64,000 nucleotides of DNA from Syncephalis fuscata S228 (taxonomy: Eukaryota > Fungi > Zoopagomycota): positions 220,973-284,972 of the forward strand of contig JAHLTZ010000034.1 of NCBI GenBank assembly GCA_025786725.1, in the 5' to 3' direction. Both the position numbers and the translations under genes were made by a program. This document shows positions 59,561 to 64,000 of the stretch, piece after piece. How positions within the stretch are numbered: the first letter of the stretch is position 1; every line of letters begins with the position of its first letter. The notes beneath the pieces are model-generated. The model was not told the DNA's origin. It searched no databases and saw only the letters and a program-made list of their open reading frames with translations.

Positions 59561-61908
59561 CAGACCCAATTGCGGGTGGTGGTGGTGGATTCGTCCTAGT
59601 TGTTTCTCGCATTTGGCAGTTTCCATTTTCACACATAATCACAATAATTACACTAGATCAGTAGTAACTAATTAATTAACAGCAGTCTTTATCATAGATT
59701 TATTATTCAGTATACATGTATATAGCATTACTATTATATTCCATACCATTATATATCACTATATAATATATTAGACACATTTTATTGTTATATGTTTTAA
59801 TAAACTTCATTCAGTCCATTCATTGTTTTATATACATATCTTAACAACTTGTTTGTGCCTTTCTAACGTATACTTGTCCCATTGTATATCATTAATCATC
59901 TAACAACAACGCTTTATTTAAATCCAGATTTCTTATTTAAAAATTGCAACTTACTTTTGCTCATTTGTTCATGCATATATACATACGCTATAATATTAAT
60001 ATTACTATTCATAAACATTGTTTTTTCTATTTTGTTCTACCTGCACTATTGCATATTTTAGTAACCACGTTTTATTTTCAAAATTTGCCTGTTTTCACTA
60101 ATTGTATTTGTTTGAAAACTTGACTTAGATCACTTTTATTGCTCATTACGCATATACACGGCAACTTCCTCGCTAATATTCTGATCTTTTCATTGCTTAC
60201 TAATACTAATATAGTGTAACACTATACACCAGACCAAAAATCAACTTATATCCATTATTAGTTAAAGAAAACCTTACTATCACAAGGTGGATATTGGTTA
60301 AAAATGTTATAAACATTGTTTATTATAAGAGAATTATGATGTGGTTTATAGTTACTTAAGTATAAAAACAAACTATAACATAATAGCAAGATAATAATCA
60401 ATAACAACGGCCATGATACGGCATATCTATTAAATTTATAACATTACGGTAAACAACTAAATACACATTTACATAATATCATACTATAAATAAAATATCA
60501 AACATATGCTGGTTAGGATACAATATTAACGTTGGGAATATTAAAGCAAGTTGACAATTTGATATAGTATCTATCAATCAATCCAAATATCAGCACAGTC
60601 AAGCAATTGAATCATTAATACGCCAATAAGTTACTGATAGCCAAACAACGCATAACCGATGCCACAACGCTTTAAACAAATAGAACAATACTAATACTAA
60701 TATTGAGTGCAAGTATTTGTATATACCTCATTATTCTGCCAAGTATTTCTTCAATCTCATATCTAGTATATTAAATAAACTACAACCATACCCACCGACT
60801 ACATTAATATATACAAACATACCATAGCTCTTATAACATAAAATAACGAATATTGATGTTGCCAAACGATGAAGCCATTACAGGCCGACTTAACAATAAA
60901 GTGACTACAATAAGCTACCTAACGTGTATCTACATCAATAACAATACCATACGCTAATTACAGTATACTTATTAAAAAGGTACTTTTGAAGCCAAGTTTC
61001 AGTATGAATTTTGTTGTATAAACCATTAAGATTACTTATGACTGTTAAATATACTGGAATGGCAATCAACCAAATGAATAAGCAAAACAATAGTACAAAT
61101 AGTTTATATAAATATCACTTATATTATTACAGCTGGATGTATTGTTTAAATGGTCTGTTGTTGTTTCAGTCGATACGCGTTATTAATGCGCGATAATCAT
61201 GGTGGTGGTGGTGGTGTTTTTATGAAAAGTAAACACAACATCACGTGTTGTGCGCTATTTGCTGTTGTGATCACGCCATCCAGTTCATCGGACTATTTAC
61301 CGGTTTAGCAAGGTGTACACGGACCATTTGATATTCATGTCCGATGCAGGCCTGTTTTGGCTAGTGAAATCGTATTGAGCTGCACAAGACGATAGCGATA
61401 CTACAAATTGTATATACAAGCGCTTTATTACAAATAAATAACAATGCAAACTACTACTAGTGTGTGTGTGTGTGTGGTGTGTAAATAATTGAGTGAATTC
61501 GTAAGTGGCTATTTACTGTGTAAAAGTCGCGCAAGAATAATTTGTAGAGCTTTATAACGCTTCTACTTTGTTTGTTTTTATTACTCTGCCTTCTCCATCC
61601 ACTACATCATTGTAGTTTTTTGTCTTAACAAATCGTTATAAAGGTAAGCAAGTGCTGCGTTTGCGTTTGTCTGTGGATAGTGTTATGACTGCTGCGCCAG
61701 GTTGTCTTGTCGCGTAACACTTTGCGTTGCGTCTGTGTTTGCTTTGTTTAACCGCGCAGTGCGTCCTTGGTGTTTGCTTAAAACTATCAATCCGTTTAAA
61801 CTGAATGGCTTGTTTGGTTATGCTGTGTTTGAATCTGCAGTATACATGCTATTTACACGATGTTAATTGTATGTTTTTGCGTGTTGCTATAGTGTAAAAT
61901 AGTCAACG

Positions 61909-62574
61909 ATGACTACAACAATCGTTTTTACCCGTAGTATTATTTATGCTACAATGCCGCCACCTGTTGTTCAGAAACGCCTGTTTTCTGAGACAGACAT
62001 GGAGGTGGGCGGCAATCCAGCCTTGAAGAAGGCCAAGTTGCTAGAGCTTGTGTCGGTTGCACACAAGCTCTATTGCCGCCACAAATCCGCTGCGTAGGTA
62101 CGCAAGCGAAGGCTGCTACGCGCAGCGTTGGTGTTCAAACTGAAAAGGTCTTGAGCAGCAACAAAACCACAGGCACTGCGACTGCCATGTTTGGGTTTAC
62201 ATTCAGTAGTAATTACTACTCTCCCTCCTCCTCCTCCAACCAAGCAACACCTATGGAGGGAGTGGAGTTTACCGGTGCCCTCGAATTGGCATCGGTACAA
62301 CAAGCTGAGGCTACTGTCGCCCACGACAGTATGTCTTCTAACGCGGGAAGTGTCGATAACACTTCTCGCACAATTCCGCGGGATGAGGAGCCTCGCCGAA
62401 TTGCGGTTCCAAGACCGCGCCGTCGCACGGCCGTGCACGACGCCAACAATCAGGAGCGCTCGCGCCATTAGACGCAAGTGATTCTATCTTGTATATCATG
62501 GCAAGTTAATGTAAAACCAACTGCAACAGTACTAACTTTATTTTAGGCACTTTTACACCAGGCGGGACCGCTAA
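61909..62574 (+). pseudogene. Frameshifted hypothetical disordered protein with LC8-type TQT-like motifs
   Basis: MTTTIVF...PALKKAK continues in another frame as CVGCTQA...RCVGTQA...RSVGVQTE. 5'UTR intron ~61644-61892; possible last exon 62547-62574. Confidence 0.4.
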
Positions 62575-62915
62575 AGCAGGTAACGCTATACACCGGGCTC
62601 TGCCGTCCCAATATGGAACTGGGCAGGGACTGGAAACAGCAGTTACTTGCTTTTAATGGGCTAGCCATACTTGCCGTATTATTAGTTTTTGTATTTGTCT
62701 ATGTTTTGTTACAATAAATTTATTTTATAATTATTAGCAATTAGCACAATTTAGTACAAATACTGATCTTTAAACAGCATGATATTTTATTAATAAAATA
62801 AATAATAGCTTTTCTTTCTTACTTTAATATTCCTATTATACTAATAAGCGTGCGCTGTGTATCATCTCACAATTATTATATATTTGATATTTTGTTAACC
62901 AATTATCACATTCAT

Positions 62916-63772
62916 TGTGATTTAGGTGTAAATGATTATATTTGATAACATTTGGATTCAAATTTATTAGCTTGAGACAACGGTCCGTAGGACCTAACCG
63001 CGCATTTGCAGCATTTGCCTGCCACCCCTGATTATATTTGATAACATTCAATCTGTTGAACATAATGATGGGTGGTAAGTAGTATTAAAGTTTAAAATAC
63101 TCATTATCGTAGATTTATTATCCAGTATGCATGTACCATTTCATGCTATATTGAATACATTATATTGTTATAAGTTTCAATCAAATATAGTTTAATAAAT
63201 GGCTGAGTTGAATAAGTTGACATCTATTAATAATAAAGTTAGAACTAAAAAAACAACTGCAATAGCTAGCGCGTATTTATTAAACAATATAACAGTATAC
63301 AATATAATGAATATACAATATTGAGTACTGATTAGTAGTGTTGGCGTTAATGAGTATATATACATGGGCAGTTGAGCGACATTAGTCAACATTTATTAAT
63401 AATAAAGCTAAAGCAAAAATACAACCAGTTTCGAATAAAGCAAGACTAAACAGGTATAGAATGATATAGAATAGTATGAATATTGGTGTTGAAGTTATAG
63501 TGTATATAACGCAATGAGTGGAGTGAGTAAAGTGTATTGGGACATATAAACAATAGAATGTGTTCAGTATAACATAGAACGATATACAGTAGTATGGAAC
63601 AGTATGAGAATGATATAGGTAAATAGTGGATATATGTATACTGGATAATGAATCTACAATGATGAGTATTTAATGATTGATGTCACTCACCACTCATCAT
63701 CATGGTCAATAGATTAAATGTTTAATTTAAATGTGTAAATAATCAGTATAGTTATTTGGTCACGAAATCACA
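62916..63772. mobile_element. MITE with long imperfect TIRs (compact member of the 7925-9482 family)
   Basis: Left cattcaatctgttgaacataatgatgggtggtaagt...aatactcattatcgtagatttattatccagtat versus reverse complement of the right, catttaatctattgaccatgatgatgagtggtgagt...aatactcatcattgtagattcattatccagtat. Outer ends tgtgattt / aaatcaca. Confidence 0.8.
62953..63028 (-). mobile_element. 76-bp insertion with a 20-bp target-site duplication, probably a 5'-truncated non-LTR retroelement 3' end
   Basis: tgattatatttgataacatt is duplicated at 62933-62952 and 63029-63048. On the minus strand the insert ends ...GGTCC-TAC-GGACC...AATAAATTTGAATCCA. Confidence 0.65.
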
Positions 63773-64000
63773 CTAAATCAATATTATTATTTATTGCAAT
63801 TGTAAGCTATCCACTATACAATTACATATGTAATTTGTCATATACTATTATAATATAGATTCAACAAAGCAACGTATAAACATTTGTATCATTTTATCGA
63901 TCTTTATATACTTAATTACTAGACTTTAATTCATAATGATATAAAATTTATACACTATTCGATTGGTAAAAGCATTATCCTTTATTTTTATATTCTATAA

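Overview
AT-rich eukaryotic genomic DNA with many short (~55-80 bp) GT/GC-AG introns. Gene content and style point to an early-diverging fungus, plausibly a Zoopagomycota mycoparasite such as Syncephalis (inference only). Housekeeping genes: Lsb5/TOM1-like VHS-GAT protein (5'-truncated), SF3A2/PRP11, MRPL22, YTA7/ATAD2, EB1/BIM1, DPM2, MDV1/CAF4, RPL15 and tRNA-Met. Three small spliced genes are missed or only partly captured by the ORF track: two NDUFA4/B12D-like paralogs and an ASDURF-like prefoldin subunit. Accessory content: (1) four related elements, three with TA-flanked CTTT...CAAAG ends, that retain the 3' end of a Fanzor/TnpB-type RNA-guided nuclease gene and are candidate omega-RNA 'ghost' loci; (2) a dispersed 5S rRNA gene 6 nt upstream of tRNA-Ile(AAT) with no terminator in between, a candidate 5S-first Pol III dicistron; (3) two genes built from about four tandem actinoporin-like domains, one domain per exon; (4) a 2.8-kb tandem duplication carrying a secreted 6-Cys peptide whose mature region alone has diverged strongly; (5) a tRNA-like RNA with a non-canonical anticodon arm; (6) a 1.64-kb foldback palindrome, a MITE family, a 76-bp retro-insertion with a 20-bp TSD, a secreted S8 subtilase and an F-box-like protein. 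All family assignments come from motif recognition by eye; no searches were run.
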